Origin: Glaucostegus cemiculus
Taxonomy: Eukaryota
NCBI GenBank assembly: GCA_976551045.1
Contig: CDPCPM010000037.1
Coordinates: forward strand, 7,998,001-8,062,000
Direction of reading: 5' to 3'
DNA: 64,000 bases
Within the stretch, counting starts at the first letter, position 1. Each line of letters begins with the position of its first letter. Below the pieces are notes generated by a model. The model was given only the letters and a program-made list of their open reading frames with translations. It was not told the DNA's origin and ran no database searches. Of the stretch, positions 36,595 to 50,659 are shown piece by piece. Position numbers and translations under genes: made by a program.

Positions 36595-38240
36595 GCGTAA
36601 GAACATAGCAAAAGTAGGCTAATTGATCCCAAGCTTGCTCCACCATTAACTATCATCGTGGTTGAGCCAATTTTGGCCTCAAAGCTGCCCTCCTGCTCTC
36701 TTCCCTTACCCACAGCTCCCTTCTAGTTTAAATGTCTGGCAATATTCACCTTGACCATATTCAATGCCTCCATCTCTACAGCTCCCTGGGGTAGAGAATT
36801 CCTAAAATTCACACAAAAATAAATTCCACATCATATCCTTCTGAAATGAGCAACACCTTCTTGTAAAACTATGCCTCTAGTTCTAGATACACCCATCCAA
36901 GGAAACATCCTCTCAGCATCCTCCTTGTCAATCCCCCTTAGAATCTTACGTGTTTCAATCAGCTCACCTCTCATTTCTTTTATGTTCCAATGAGTTTAAT
37001 CTCAGCCTCCTCAATGTCTCTTCATACATCAAGCCTTTCATCCCAGATTTAACCTGGTGAACCATATCCAACTTGCATCCAATATAAGCATATTGTCCCT
37101 TAAATACAGAGACTAAAACTATAACTTTTGTAACTGTAAACTGTGAAGGGACCAAAGTGGATAACTTTTCATTTTCCCACATTATATCCACCTGTCAATT
37201 TATTGCTCACTCATTTCAGCCATCCCTTTGTAGGCACTTTGTGTTTTTCTCACAACTTGCTAACCCACCTCTCTTTCTACCAGCAAATTAGGCTAAAATA
37301 CACTCAGTCTCTTTATCAAGCCATTAATATACTGTAGGTTGTTCACTGAGGTCCCAGTACTGGTTCTTGTGACATGCCAGTAGTTAGTGATTTCCAATAT
37401 ACAAATTACAATGTTTATCCCCATTCTCTGTTTTCTATTTGTTAGCCAAGCCCCTCACCATGCCAAGGTATAAGCCCCCCAGCTGCATGCCCTCTTTATC
37501 TTGTGCAGTTACCTTTAATGTGGCGCATTGTCAGTAGATGTAGTATACTTGGATATTTTAAAATCTAAATATATTACATATTTCTGGTTCCCCGTTATCC
37601 TTCCCCCCTTTTTTGTGACATTGTCAAACAACGCAAGAAAATGTGCCTTTTCCCTTTCATAAAACTATTGATTTTGTTTGATTGACATTATTCTCTAAAC
37701 GTTCTGCTATTATCATCTTAATAATTGATTCAAGTACTTTCCCATCGTCTATTAGCATAAAGTGTTCTACTTTCTGTCTGCTCTCTTGAAATGTGGTGTT
37801 GCCATTTTGGTATTCCAATCTTTTGGAACCTCTACAGAATCCAGGGAATTCTGATAGATTACAACCAAGGTATCCACTATCTTTACAGTCACTTTCTTTA
37901 AGATCCTAAGATGCTGACCACCAGATCCAGGGAACTTGTTGGATTTCAGTCCTGTTAGTTTTCCTTATATGATTTTCTCTAGTGATAGAGATTGTTTTAA
38001 GTCCCTCCCTTCCTCCCTCCCCATAGTTGACTGATTATCTGTCAGTTTTGGTGAACTTGTGTCTATAATGGTTACTGGGTCATTCTCATTTATTTCATTT
38101 GCACCTTCAATTCACCTATCTTGTTATGAATACCATGAAGATCAATCTGAAATAATGATTTGAAATCTCAGTCATTTCTCTATTTCCCATTATTAATTCT
38201 TAGTCTCATCTTTTAAGGGACAAATTTTGCTCTAGGTAAC
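36595..38240 (-). mobile_element. Decayed CR1 LINE (~1.6 kb of ORF2 plus 3' tail)
   Basis: Minus-strand remnant SGMKGLMYEETLRRLRLNSLEHKR; tail at ~36600; RT-region sequence such as ggtcccagtactggttcttgtgacatgccagtag. A short plus-strand CR1 RT piece precedes it at ~36480-36590. Confidence 0.75.
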
Positions 38241-38254
38241 CTCTCCTTTCTGCC

Positions 38255-38450
38255 TAGAACATACGAACAAAAGAAAATAGGAGCAGAAGTAGGCCACTCA
38301 GCTCTTCAAGACTACCCACTATTCAAAATAATAATGGGTGATCCGCCCCAGGCCTCATCTCCTCTTCTGTGCCAGCTCCTCATAACACTCAATTCCTTTT
38401 CCCTTCCAAATGTCAAATACCCCTGAATATTCAGTTCCCAAACTTGGTCA
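38255..38450 (-). mobile_element. CR1 3' tail
   Basis: tagaacatacgaacaaaagaaaataggagcagaagtaggccactcagctcttcaag is an antisense CR1 terminus. Confidence 0.7.
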
Positions 38451-38464
38451 GCTTACTACCATGT

Positions 38465-38790
38465 TCATAGAGTTCATAGAGTTATACAGCAGAGAAACAG
38501 GCCCGTTGGCCCAACTGGTCCATGCTGGCCATTCAAGCTAGTCCCATTTGCCAGCATTTGGCCCATAACCCTCAAACTAATTCACGTACCTATCCAGCTG
38601 TCTTTTAAGATTTGCTATCATACCTGCCTCAAGCGCCTCCTCTGGCAGCTCATTCCACATGGATACCACCGTTTGTGTAAAAAAGTTGCCCCTCAAGTTC
38701 CTATTAAATCTTTCCCCTCACACCTTAAACCTCTAGTTCTTGATTCCCCAACCCTGGGAAAAAGACTGAGTACATTCACCCTGTCTCCCT
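38465..38790 (-). mobile_element. CR1 3' end (younger copy)
   Basis: Closely matches the reverse complement of 54900-55233 (ttccccaaccctgggaaaaagactgag; acagcagagaaacaggcccgttggcccaac). Confidence 0.85.
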
Positions 38791-39149
38791 GATGGCTATC
38801 AGGTCATACCAAATAATTTTTATTTGTGCCTTCAATTCATCTATTTTGTTTCAAAACTACACACATTCTGGCAAAGGGGTTTCAATTTTTGCTTATCATT
38901 TTTCTTTACTCTGACTCTGTTTGCTGCTGTAATCTTATCTTTGTATGCTCTGCCCCTTCCTGATACACTCAGGTTATTGTCACTCAGGTTGTAACCCCTG
39001 ACACTGCCCTGCACTATTTCCTTTTCCTTTTTCTTTGCCTTCCTAAATCAACCTCACCTGAATCCCGTTGTTAAGATTTCCAGATGAATAAACTCCAAGA
39101 GGACATAGGTAGTTCACAGATTAGCAGACAAGCATTTTTTCAGGACAAA

Positions 39150-40322
39150 TGAGGAGAGCCAAAAGCAGACTGAAGGCAATAAAAGGCTCACTTCTGAAGG
39201 ATGTGTAGGAACAGTGAGATGTGGGTGCACATGTGGATAAATCTTTGAAAGTGGAAGGACGTGTTAAAGATATAATTAATAAAACACATGAGATCCTGAG
39301 CTTCATAAGTGAAAGCACAGAGTACAAAAGCCGGGAGGTTATACTGAATCTTTGTGAAGACTTGTTAAGCACAGCTGGAGTGTTGCATTCAATACTGGTC
39401 ACACACTTTAGGATGAATACGAAAGTCTGAGAAGCAACACAAAAAAATTTTCAGGAGTGTTTCCAGGACTGAAGGATTTCACTTCCAAGGGTGACTTGTA
39501 TAATTTTGTATGTTTTATGTTTATGTTTTTCTTTTGAATGTTGTGTAACTGATGCTATGTGTCTGTGATGCTGCTGCAAGTAAATTTTTCATTGCACTTG
39601 TGAATACATGAATTTGTGCATATAAGATAAGACAAGCTAAGATCTTTATTAGTCACATGTACATCAAAACACAGAGTGAAATGCATTTTTTGTGTAGTGT
39701 TCTGGGGGGCAGCCCGCAAGTGGTGCCACCTTTCCAATGCCAACATAGTATGCCCATAACTTCCTAACCTGTACGTCTTTGGAATGTGGGAGGAAACCGG
39801 AGCACCACGCAGACACGGGGAGAAAGTACAAACTTCTTACAGACAGCGGCGGGAATTGAACCCCAGGTCGCTGGCGCTGTAAAGCATTACACTAACCGCT
39901 ACACTACCGTACCGTGATAAGAAACTCGACTTTGACTTTGGCTTTGAATTCATCTTTGGGCAAAAAAGGTTGGGAAGAGATTTGTTAGAGGAGTACAAGA
40001 TTAAGAAGGGTTTACAAAGAGAAGCTGTTCCCATTAACAGAGTGATTAAGGCTCATGGATACAGATTCAAAGTAAGGGGTAAAATGTGCATTGGGGATGT
40101 GAGGGAAAACTCCTTCATGCAAGCTTCATTCTGGAACTTACTTGCCTGTAAGGTTGACAGGATTGGACAATCAGGAAGGAAATGCACTCAAGAGAAAATA
40201 GCTTGCAGGTCTATGGGGAAAGAGGAGCAGAATGTGACTGAGTAATGGTTCTTCAAGGAGCCATCATCAACTCAGTGAGGTGAATGGACTTATTTTGTGC
40301 CATCAGTATTCAATGACTCTAT
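39150..40322 (+). mobile_element. CR1 LINE fragment interrupted by nested insertions at ~39500-39946
   Basis: GAHVDKSLKVEGRVKDIINKTHEILSFISESTEYKSREVILNL, and after the inserts LGRDLLEEYKIKKGL...HGYRFKVRG; terminal tattcaatgactctatg. Confidence 0.8.
39621..39914 (-). mobile_element. Near full-length V-domain tRNA-SINE, tail type A
   Basis: tRNA-like head (cggtagtgtagcggttagt...gggttcaattcccgccg), V-core with a small internal deletion, and the same tail as 21540-21786. Confidence 0.9.
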
Positions 40323-40599
40323 GGTTACCGTTTATGGTGCCTTCCCACATCGTTCCAGATCAGGAGGACTGACAAGTGATAAGGGCTATTCTTTTAGATC
40401 CCTTTATCCTTTTTAAGGTACTGGAGATTAAAAAGACATGATTAGTTGTCTTTGGCTCTGTCATTCTGGTGCAGTCAGTTAGAATGGCTGAGGTATTAAA
40501 TTTCATGTGTTACCTGGGAAACAAAATGAAGCAGTAAATTGATGAAGAACTGTTGGGTACCCAGGAAGTCAATATGCTGGTCTACCTACCTTTCATCTA

Positions 40600-40905
40600 G
40601 TCATGTAACCCCTTTCACTTTGCCAGATAACCCTGATCAGCTTTAATCATTTACACCCTCCTTGCACCCATCTTTTCCTTCTCAATTTGCATGCCGTTCC
40701 TTTTCATTAATCCAGCCCACATTCTATTAAAGATTATTTATTCTTTTCATCCTTCCCAATCTTCTTCTCTCCAGCTCTTTATCTCATTTCAAGGGTGCTC
40801 ATCCTTAACATATTACAATTCTGATCAAGGGTTATCATATATAATACCGAGAGCTATTTCCATCTCAACAGATGCTGCCCGACCTGTTGAGTCTTTCCAT
40901 TTCAA
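40600..40905 (+). mobile_element. Penelope-like terminal fragment
   Basis: ttctgatcaagggttatc...acagatgctgcccgacctgttgagtctttcca. Confidence 0.5.
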
Positions 40906-43900
40906 AATGTTGCCCCTGTTAGAATCGATAGAATTGGTTTCTACAGACTTGGGATCTTTTCCTCTTGATGCGTAGCCAAAAAGTTGTGGAGAACCTGGGC
41001 CTGATCATGTAGGTTTGGCAAGTGAACATGTGCACAATCACACCTCACCCAAAAGCTGGTAACTCTCCACCCTCGAGCTCTAAATCTTCTTCATCATGTA
41101 TCATCCATGACAAGATTGTAGAGGACTTAGAGAGGATATTTTGTCAATATATTTCTCCATCGCTCTCATCTGCAAAAGTCAGTGAGTCAGACAGATGCAT
41201 TCCACAATACTTTTAGCCTTCTAAAGAGTGAGTTTAGATTTTGAATATCAGATGGCAATTTGAATATGAATAGTATTGTTGTCACTCTTATCCACAATCC
41301 ACAAATATTCATATACCCACAAGCAACCAGTGGGCGGCATTTAGAAGAAGGAACCGTGAGTGATTTTGTTTTATCACCTCCTTACGCAAGCACCAAAATC
41401 TAATGGCCATTCCCCTTACTGTACATATGCAATCCAGAAATTCCCTTCTATATCCAATTCTCATGAGTCACATATGAAAAACCGTCATATTAAATATAGA
41501 AATATCAACAGTTTCCAACTCTGGCCTTGATCCAGCTTCGTTGAATGTGTTGCATAAGACTTTCCTTTATTTTGGGGAAAACTACTCCTCCGCACTGCCA
41601 TCCCTAATCTGGCCATATGACCACTAACAGTGATGGATCTATAGAATTATCTCCGGTCTTGGTGCAATATAACAATGGCTTTAATGCACTGAGGTGCTCC
41701 ATTTGCCCTTGAGGATTCTTGCAGGAAGGATATATGTGCGAATAATAGAAGGCAAAAGTAAGCCAGGCAGTGACATTCCCCATAGTAAAATAACTTATCA
41801 ACGTTTGCTTGTAGGGCTCACACAAGATTAAAGACTGCTTGGGTGATCTACCCAAAGGAATTTTGCACTATTGGGAAAGTATAACCAAAGACTCAATTGT
41901 TGCTGGACCTAATGGAAAGGACAAAATGATCTAGCAAAAGTACTCTTGTATGAGCCTACTATGATTTTTGAATAGTAATTTTAATTGATACTTGATGGTG
42001 CTTAAATTAAACTTTATGTCACTGTTGGTATGCAGTACAGGAATTACCCATTACATATTTACTTGTTTTACTGAATATATTACTATTAAGGTGCACTGCT
42101 TAAAAATATAAGACCAATAATAATATATACTTTAGTGGTCACATTAGGTTTTGCTCTAAGCATTAAGACAGCTGATAAAGAGTTAAAATTGTATTCATGA
42201 GTTACAAGGACTGATGTAATTTATTTCATTTTGATTTATCACCTAGTTCTGCTACAATAACTGTTTCATATTTTAGTTTTCCATCAGTGTTACAATCACG
42301 TTTTGGAACAAAGTCTCTGTGACAACACAGGTTTACAATATTCATTGGATTAGAGAAGGCTTTCACCTGATGCTGGAAATGCTGTCATGACACAGCAAGC
42401 TGCAGTGTGGACAAATTAGTTCAATGATTTTACTGACCATAAAATATCACCATTGCCTAAAATTGCCACTACCTATGGATACAGTACAAGCTGAAATCCA
42501 GATAAGAATCATTTTGTTTGCAAAACTACTGTCCCAAACATTTTTGTTCATTATCTAACACAGAACACATATAGTACACATTTCCTCTGTCTCTTCGCTA
42601 CTATGTCTTAATGATTAACTCTTACAATCACAATGAATTTCAGATGGTTTCATCAGAGTTTGAATTTATGAAGGTCTCACATAACTCAGATTGGGAATGC
42701 ATTATACTGAACCAGATTTATTACATGCATGTATAGAAAAGCAATCAGTACCACCTATGTTAAAAAGAAAGCAACATACCAATAATCCTGAATATTTTAG
42801 ATTTGGCAAATATCCATAAGAACAAAGAAAAAAACCAGTTGCACAATCAAATTGAAGCAGATCAGCTGGTTTACCTTTGGCCTATTTCATAAGTTCTCTG
42901 ATAGCTGTACATGTTGTAAATATGCAACTTGTACCCTGGAAAACACAGAGCATACCAATCAGCACCTGTGGAGGCAAAGGGTGAGTCAACATTTCAGGAA
43001 TGGATTCCTACTCAAAAAGAGGAAACAATGAAAAATTGAACCAAGAGAACTATTAAACTACTAGTTGCTTTAATTCTTTTCATTTTTTGTATGCATCCAT
43101 TACATCTTTTGTTTTTTTTTCGTAATGCTGAAGTTAACTCAGAAATGGTCTGTAAAAATTCTTTGATATTTATACTTTAGTATCATTATTCTGCTAAATA
43201 AACAAGAACTTAATGAACTTTGGTACCATTATATATACCATTATATTCAGGGTTGTCTGAATGAGCTAATAATTGTGAATGCTTGTTAACTGTATATTAC
43301 TCTATTTCTTAGTTTTATTTTGTTTTTGGTATATGTTTTTAAATCTATGTATGATTATTACTTTTGTGCTCACTGTTCTGATGGTTTTAGTCTGATGATT
43401 TACAAGAAGTAATCCAGAGCCTGTTGAAAGGGTGTGCCACACAGAACATTGAGAAAATGCAATGAGTCATTTTAAGCTTTCTTAAGGAAATATAATTTAG
43501 AGTTAAAAGAGGCTTGTTTTGTAATAATGTAAAAATTCATCTTTATATGTAGGTTTTTGATTTTATGTCACTGAACTCCATGTGAAGTCTTTTGGTGATG
43601 AGGGGTCAATGGGTTATGGGTTAGACTGTAGAGTGCAGATCTCTGCCCACTGTGGAGGGCCTGACCTATGTCAGATTACACAAGACCAGACTACACATAG
43701 CCTTGTATGGTTTTCCATTCATGACCGAGGGAACATTGTTGCCATTACAAGCATAATTAGGACACCCACAAGAATTGCTATGGTACTCTTCCACTATGTT
43801 AATGGAACAGAAAATTTGTCAATAAAGATGAGGCAAAAAAATGGTTTGGTTAGTGTATAAAGTGCAATCCATTACTTAGCTATTCAGAAACTGCAGAATT

Positions 43901-44014
43901 TTTAATATCCACCAACATAACTATTAATTCCCACTGTTGTGCTTTAGCTGAAGTATTGCTTTCAGAATGCACTGCAGTAATTCACCCGAACAATCTGACA
44001 CAATTTAGCAAATC

Positions 44015-44285
44015 ATCTAGCTCTACCACCAAGAAAGTGAAGGACATCAGCACTTGGGCACATCATCACCTGCAAGTTCCCCTCTTCGTCACACACCACC
44101 ATTGATTCATCATAGCTCAGATCCTGGGATATCATTCCCAACAACTTTGTCAGAGTACCTTCACTAGAAGGCCTACTGTGAATTAAGAAGTCACTTCACA
44201 AATACTATCTCAAGGGTAATTATTGTTGGACAATAAACCTTAGTTTCAGCAGTGACCTACACATTTTAGTAATGAATAAGTAAAT
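44015..44285 (+). mobile_element. Non-LTR retrotransposon 3' end
   Basis: catcatcacctgcaagttcccctc...cacacc...ctcaagggtaatta...caataaa...atgaataa is a recalled shark LINE terminus. Confidence 0.65.
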
Positions 44286-46149
44286 ACAAAAATACACCCT
44301 TTAACAATGCTGAATGAAGGAAACTCATAATAGTCCCTGGATTGGCATTGGATTATAATGTTTGCTCACACGTGAACAGCTGTATCCCAAGCCTACCAAC
44401 TAATAATGCTGGAAAGAAGTGAAGTTCTGTTTCTTTTTGGTATAATCCCTTCTACATATGATATGACAAAAAATATAACTTTCCTCATCCCAGAATCTAA
44501 GGGCCAATGGTTTGTGTCTGAAAACAGTAAATTAAGTTAGAATGGTGGCAGATGGATGGATTGCTTTGGAAGTCTATTGTGTTGTACAATGAAGTGTTCA
44601 GACCAATAGTTCTTCCAGATGCTGAACTTGTAATCACACCCAGAAAACCATTTATGGGAGACCAGACTACTTTCTTCAAGCAGAGAGGCATATAGAATTG
44701 GAGGAACTAATAGAATGTGGTTCCTTCCATATTCTTTTTAGCAGTCATTTTTAGAGTAGAATTCTTTTATCTCTTGTCAATTTTCATCATGTCTTAATTC
44801 CTTTCTGGAAAGCTTTTACTCCTTCTTGAGATACAAGAATGTTAGTTTGCAGTTATCTGAAATGGATTTTGCATATGTGTGAGCCTAAATTCAATGATTT
44901 CAATTGGCAGGCTAACAATTGCATGTCATAATCAACCCAAATTGTGTTAACTGGTTAATGACAATATGCAATATTTTCCTTCTTAACTATTGAAAAGCAT
45001 TGAGATCAATTGTAGCATTTGTATTACAATCAAAGATGTGATCAACTAACTCAGCACTGGAGACTGAACTTCTAGTCTGTAGGCCCTCGTTGCATAGTAC
45101 ACATAGTCACCAGGGGAGTCTAAATGGCACATATAATGCCCTTGGCCTGTTATTATTGTGTTATGCAGAGATCTGTTGTAGATAATAAATATTTAGTATC
45201 TGGAGAATAGCAAATTTCCATGAACCTGCGATTAGTTCATCAAGGCTTTCTTTAGCATGCTTTATTACAGAATTGTATATGGTTGCTGTGTTTTGTGTTT
45301 TTTTGTAGTAGTCTAGAAGAGTATTCCATAATTCTTGTAACAGACTTTGCTTGAGTTTTGTGGTGTGGTGTTCCTTTGTTCTTAAAAGTCAGTTTTTTTG
45401 ACACCAGACATTTTAATGTTTAATAATGATAGATTGATAATAGCAATTTCGACATTCCTGATCTCGGAGAAAGAAGTCCAGTTGGTTTGGAACAGTTGGT
45501 TAATTTCCCTTGGGGCTTGATGGCATAATTCTAAATTACAGTAGCAAAAGCAATCAGGTTGTACATGTGCAAGTGTGGTAAAGAGCACTTACACTTGTAA
45601 TTAGCTAATTAACATCAGAATGTACCTCTTCAAAACAATGAAAAATAAGTTTTATTTTCATTACACCAGCTTAATTTTGAAACAATTCAATGGTATTATT
45701 TGTCCAAAATGACAATTACCCTTGGTGCTAACCCTCTAAGTACATCATTACAGATTGTCATATAATTTGACCAGTGGTGATATCTTAATGTTGACTTAAC
45801 ATTAATAGAACATCACATTAGTTTGACCAAAAATATAAACTCTAAGTAGAAAGAGTAAATCATCTATACACTCAGCAAAGTAGCATTATATTAATGAACT
45901 AGTAATGCCATAGACAGGGAAACTGCTAATCATACCAGCAGGGTAAGTGAAAGTTATATTCTCAACTGTTGCTAGTGAAATCATTTCATTACTCGTTCAT
46001 TTCTTCAGTTAACAATCATATAATACAAAGGGACTCTGAAAGGGCTCAGTTGGCACCTGTTTTTTTCTGTCTCTGAGGGCGTTTATTTTCTTCTTTGCAA
46101 ACCAGGAAATAGAAACAATCTAATCTCACTGTTGCTGAGCATCTGTGCT

Positions 46150-47170
46150 GTTGATAACAGTGGTTTGCCTGGGTGCTTCACAGAGGTACAAGCAGAAATT
46201 AATAGACACAGACTAAGTAATTAGGGGGACCGTGTCTCATAAACGGTCAATTTTGTCAAAGGTTTTAGAGAGCTGGAGGAGTTTAGGCACTGATTTCAGA
46301 GGTCTGGATGGATAAAGAGGCCAATTCCAATAATGGGCTGATGGGAGGAAAAGTAGTGTATAATTGTGTAAGTTGGAAAAGGCCATGAATGAGCTTTCAA
46401 TACAAGAAGGAACATTTTAATTTTTATCCATTGTCCTTCAAAAGTCAGTGTCTGGTTGCACACAGTTGGCTGCTAGATGTAGTGAACTTGATGGGATAGG
46501 ATATATTCAGTACAATTTTGGATGAGCTAAAATTTATAAAGGAATATCATCCAGAAAAATGCTGGAATCATTGATCAAAAAGTGACAGAGATATGGATGA
46601 CAATCTCCTTAATAGCTGGACTGAGCTAATGGCAGAGCAAAATGGTTACAGATTTGGAATGGATAAGATATTCTGACAGAATTTATCTTTACATAAATAG
46701 ATCTTATTCATTCTGAGATAGTGACCAAACAAAGTAACACATTCAGTGGCAGAGTTTATGGTGGAGGTCAAGAAAAGGCCTTAAACTTCCCACTATTTAA
46801 CTGAAGGGAATTGTTGTCAAAAGGAGTTTGATATGGGGGTATTAAGAGGATTTAAAAATACACTACAATGAAACTATCAATGTAATGTGAAAGCTGACCC
46901 CACATCTGCAGATGATGACTCCAAGGTAAAGCATATTGTTGAGGAAGAACATTGGGCCAAAAATAGATCTTTGGGGAACATTGGATACAACGATACAAGC
47001 TTAGAAAGGAAGGCAATGAGAGGAGATGCCTTGGCAATGATTTGATAGATTAGAATGGATGCAAGGAGAATGATATGGTAAACCACATCAAAGGGTCAAA
47101 AAATCATGGAAAGAATGGTGGGATGATGTCTTAGTCACAAAATGTAACTTTGATTAGGATTGATGACACA
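46150..47170 (-). mobile_element. L2 LINE remnant (RT core to 3' end)
   Basis: Minus strand near 46880-46985 reads NVPQRSIFGPMFFLNNMLYLGVIICRCGVSFH (cf. GVPQGSILGPLLFLIYMLPLG..HGVSFH); L2-type 3' end near 46150-46290. Confidence 0.75.
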
Positions 47171-49658
47171 AGAATGGACATATGACTATACAAATTCAAA
47201 CAGTCTTGCAGGAAAGATAGACATCGACTTCTGAGATATCACTAGATTCTTGTGCCCAACGGGTAAAAAACAATTGTGGAAGGCTACTGCTGAAAATAAT
47301 AGAATCCACTTAGGTTGTGAAAAACACTGAAAATTGCCTGAAATGGTCACTATATTTATATGACGCAATCCTTAAGGTTAAGTTTTAACTTACTAAGTTT
47401 GTGTCATCTGCTTCCAAAGACCAGCTACTGCCAAATCTATAACCACTTCCCTCTGCCATTAGCTCAGTCCAACCATTAAGGAAATTCTCATCCATATCTG
47501 TCACCTCCTGATTAATGATTCCAATGTTTTCCTGGATGACATCCCTTTATAAATTTCAGCTCATCCAAAATCATACTGAGCCTACCCTATCCCACTAAGT
47601 TCACCATACTACAAGACAACGGCTTACAAACACATACTGACGTTTGAAGGGCAGTGGATAAAATTAAAATAGTATCATGGCTTTTAAGTTTAGTATGTGA
47701 ATAATTTTGCCCAGCCATTTGCCTTTGTAGCAATAACTATTGTCATTTGACAAATGTAAGGTCCAATATAACAAAACTATGGGCAGAGTTTCCTCAGGAA
47801 TGGAAAATCCGTCTTGGTTAGTTGCAAATACTACCAAAGAGAATCTGCCCGAGGAATTACATTTTGGCAGACCACAATGAAGGCTACCTGATCTTGAGAA
47901 ACAGAAAAGCTTGAATTTTTAGTACAAATTTGGCATACACATATCATCATATTTTAACTGATCAAAGGCAATAACAGAAATGTAGCATTGAAGTGGTCTC
48001 AAAATTAATTCATTACACTTTTGTTGGCTCTATCATGAAATATTAATATATTATTACAAATTCTATTTCATTTATATCTTTTAATAACCAATGTTCATTT
48101 CCTCTTTTCACAATGAAGAATTCCTGTTTCTCGTCTTTCTGCTTCATCCTGTCAAGGGAGTTCAGTCCCGTCTGCATACTGGGGCATTGCATTTTTGAAA
48201 TAAGTTCATATGATTTCAGTTCAAATGATTTTCAAAGAATTTGGAAACATGGCACTGTAAAGTTTTTGGATTGTAGCCAAAATAATAATTTTGTTTTGCC
48301 AGTTTCTATCATCCTAGTCCCTCTATTGGTGGCATCAGAAAAGCAACCAAGATTCATCTGTAATATTGCTTATTTTCCATTTCTTCAGTTGCTAGTGTGT
48401 TGCTTATTTGTACCACTTTGGTGCAGGATTTAGAGGTACCAGCAGACATATCACTGAGAGCTAGAAAAGTGTTTGAGGTGATACATAAGTCCATGAACAT
48501 GTCATTGGGCCTCACAAATATGAGGAATGGAAAGAAGACCAAATTAAAGTGTCAGAACTTGAAAAAAAATTACAGAAAAACATAAGATATTTTAGTAAAT
48601 ATAGGAACAAAATGCAGCTAAAGTGATATATTTATAGAACTATGTTTAATTGTCATTATCAAAGAGACATGTATAAATTTCTTTGGTCATTCTAAATGGC
48701 AACTTAGATCAAATGATATTATTTATGTCTCCAGTTCAAACATCATATTTTTTAACACCATGTTGGAAGAGTTAGTTCCAAATCCATGAAGATAATCCAG
48801 AATGGTTCTGAGGTTAAGTATTGTCCTTCAGGTGAGATGTTTAATATCCATCAGAAGCTGACGATACTTTAGTTTAAGGTTCCACACTGTGGTTGAAAAA
48901 AGGCAACAAGTTCTCCAAATACTTGGAAGGGCATTTGGCAATCATGGTTTTCAAATTTTGGATGCACAGTGGTGTAAATCAGGGCAATTCATATCATAAC
49001 AAATAAATAAATCTGACAATGCCACTAGAAAATAATGAATTGGAATAATATCTGAGGACAATGGTTTATGCAGTAACAACAAACTAAGGATATCTCATTT
49101 CCTCCTCTTCTTTTCCAGTTACAGTACATTAAGTACTGAAACAAAAAGTTCCCTTATATCTGATAACCAGGATAAGCGTCACATCAGACACAGAATAATA
49201 AGTGAATGTGAGTGATAACAGGAATATAATCACACTGAGGGTTGTCATTGACATCTTAAATAGAGAGAAAAAATTTTGAACATCAGTCAGCATCTTCAAA
49301 AGAAAACGCAGGAAGAAAACAGAAATTCAAAAACAACATGTCAAATCTAGCTGGCCAAACCAATGTGTAGCTGAAACAGAAAGAGCAAGATGATTCCAGA
49401 CTTAACTCTGGTTTTGTGTTTACTGTCCTTAGCACTCAAGCTGTGTCAGAGTAAGTTGGCAGTGATCTCCTAGACTGAGATTACTAGTTACTGTCCATAA
49501 TAGGAAATATGTATCATGAATATTTTGTGAGACAGGATCAGATGTAGCAACTTGCTCAATGACGATGAATTACCTACTAAGACCCACTATCCAGGTTCAG
49601 ATCTGGAAAGATGATAAATAACACTTGCAAAACTATACCTCGGCAAGGAACCAATTTA

Positions 49659-50356
49659 TTCAGGAAGGAGAAGTCGGGAGAACACACACCAGTCTTCATT
49701 GAGAGGTCAGCGGTGGAAAGGGTGAGCAGCTTCAAGTTTCTGGGTGTCAACATCTCAGGAGACCTATCTTGGGCCCAACATATTGATACAATCACAAAGA
49801 AGGCACACCAGCAGCTCTACTTCATTAGGAGTTTGAGAAGATTTGTTATGTCAGCAAAGACTCTTGCAAATTTCTACAGATGTACGGTGGAAAGGATTCT
49901 GTCTGGTTACATCACTGCCTGGTATTGGAGGCTCCAATGTGCAGGATCAAAAGAGGCTGCAGAAGGTTGTCAACTCAGCCAGCTCTATCACGGACACAAC
50001 AACTCTCCCCACTGTTGAGGACATCTTCAAGATGTGGTGCCTCAAGAATACGGCATCTATCATTAAAGACCCTCACCACCTGAGACATGCCCTCTTCATG
50101 TTACTACCATCAGGGAGGAGGTACAGGAGCCTGAAGACTCACACTTAATGATTCAGGAACTGCTTCTTCCCCTCTGCCATCAGATTTCTGAATGATCCAT
50201 GAACCCATGAACACTACCTTGTTATTCCTCTTTTGTACTGTTTATTTATTTTTGTAACTTTTAGTAATTTTTATGTCTTTACGTCTTACACTGTACTGCT
50301 GCTGCAAAACAACAAATTTCACAGCGTATGTAAATAACAATAAACCTGATTCTGAC
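49659..50356 (+). mobile_element. Rex1/Babar-like LINE, 5'-truncated (RT C-terminus, DUF1891-type region)
   Basis: VERVSSFKFLGVNISGDLSWAQHIDTITKKAHQQLYFIRSLRRF...TLANFYRCTVERIL, one frameshift near 49925, then QKRLQKVVNSA...IIKDPHH...LLPSGRRYRSLKTHT; tail aataaacctgattctga. Confidence 0.9.
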
Positions 50357-50659
50357 AAAAATCAATGTCATTTTAGTGAATTTCTTTTGCAAACTTTCCT
50401 TGTTTCTTGCAAAATTCTTGACAGTGTTTTTTCTACACTGGCTTGTCAGTTGTAAAATCAGCTTTAATCAAAAGTTAGCAGTTCATTGTAATTAACAAGT
50501 TGTTGCAAAATTCTGGAATTTTGTTTTGATGCCTGTACATTTCCTCTTCTTCAACTGTTGGCACAGAGTTAGAAAAAGATGCAGAAAAATATCTCCAAAC
50601 TTTGGGGATAAGGGCATTCAGATTCTTCTTGGTAAGATAGATCAGGGAACAAAATTAGT

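Noticed and set aside
49611-50148. 135-aa and 101-aa ORFs as a host gene (ALKBH8 N-terminal/DUF1891-like)
   Set aside because: Frameshifted, 5'-truncated Rex1/Babar LINE with its own 3' tail.
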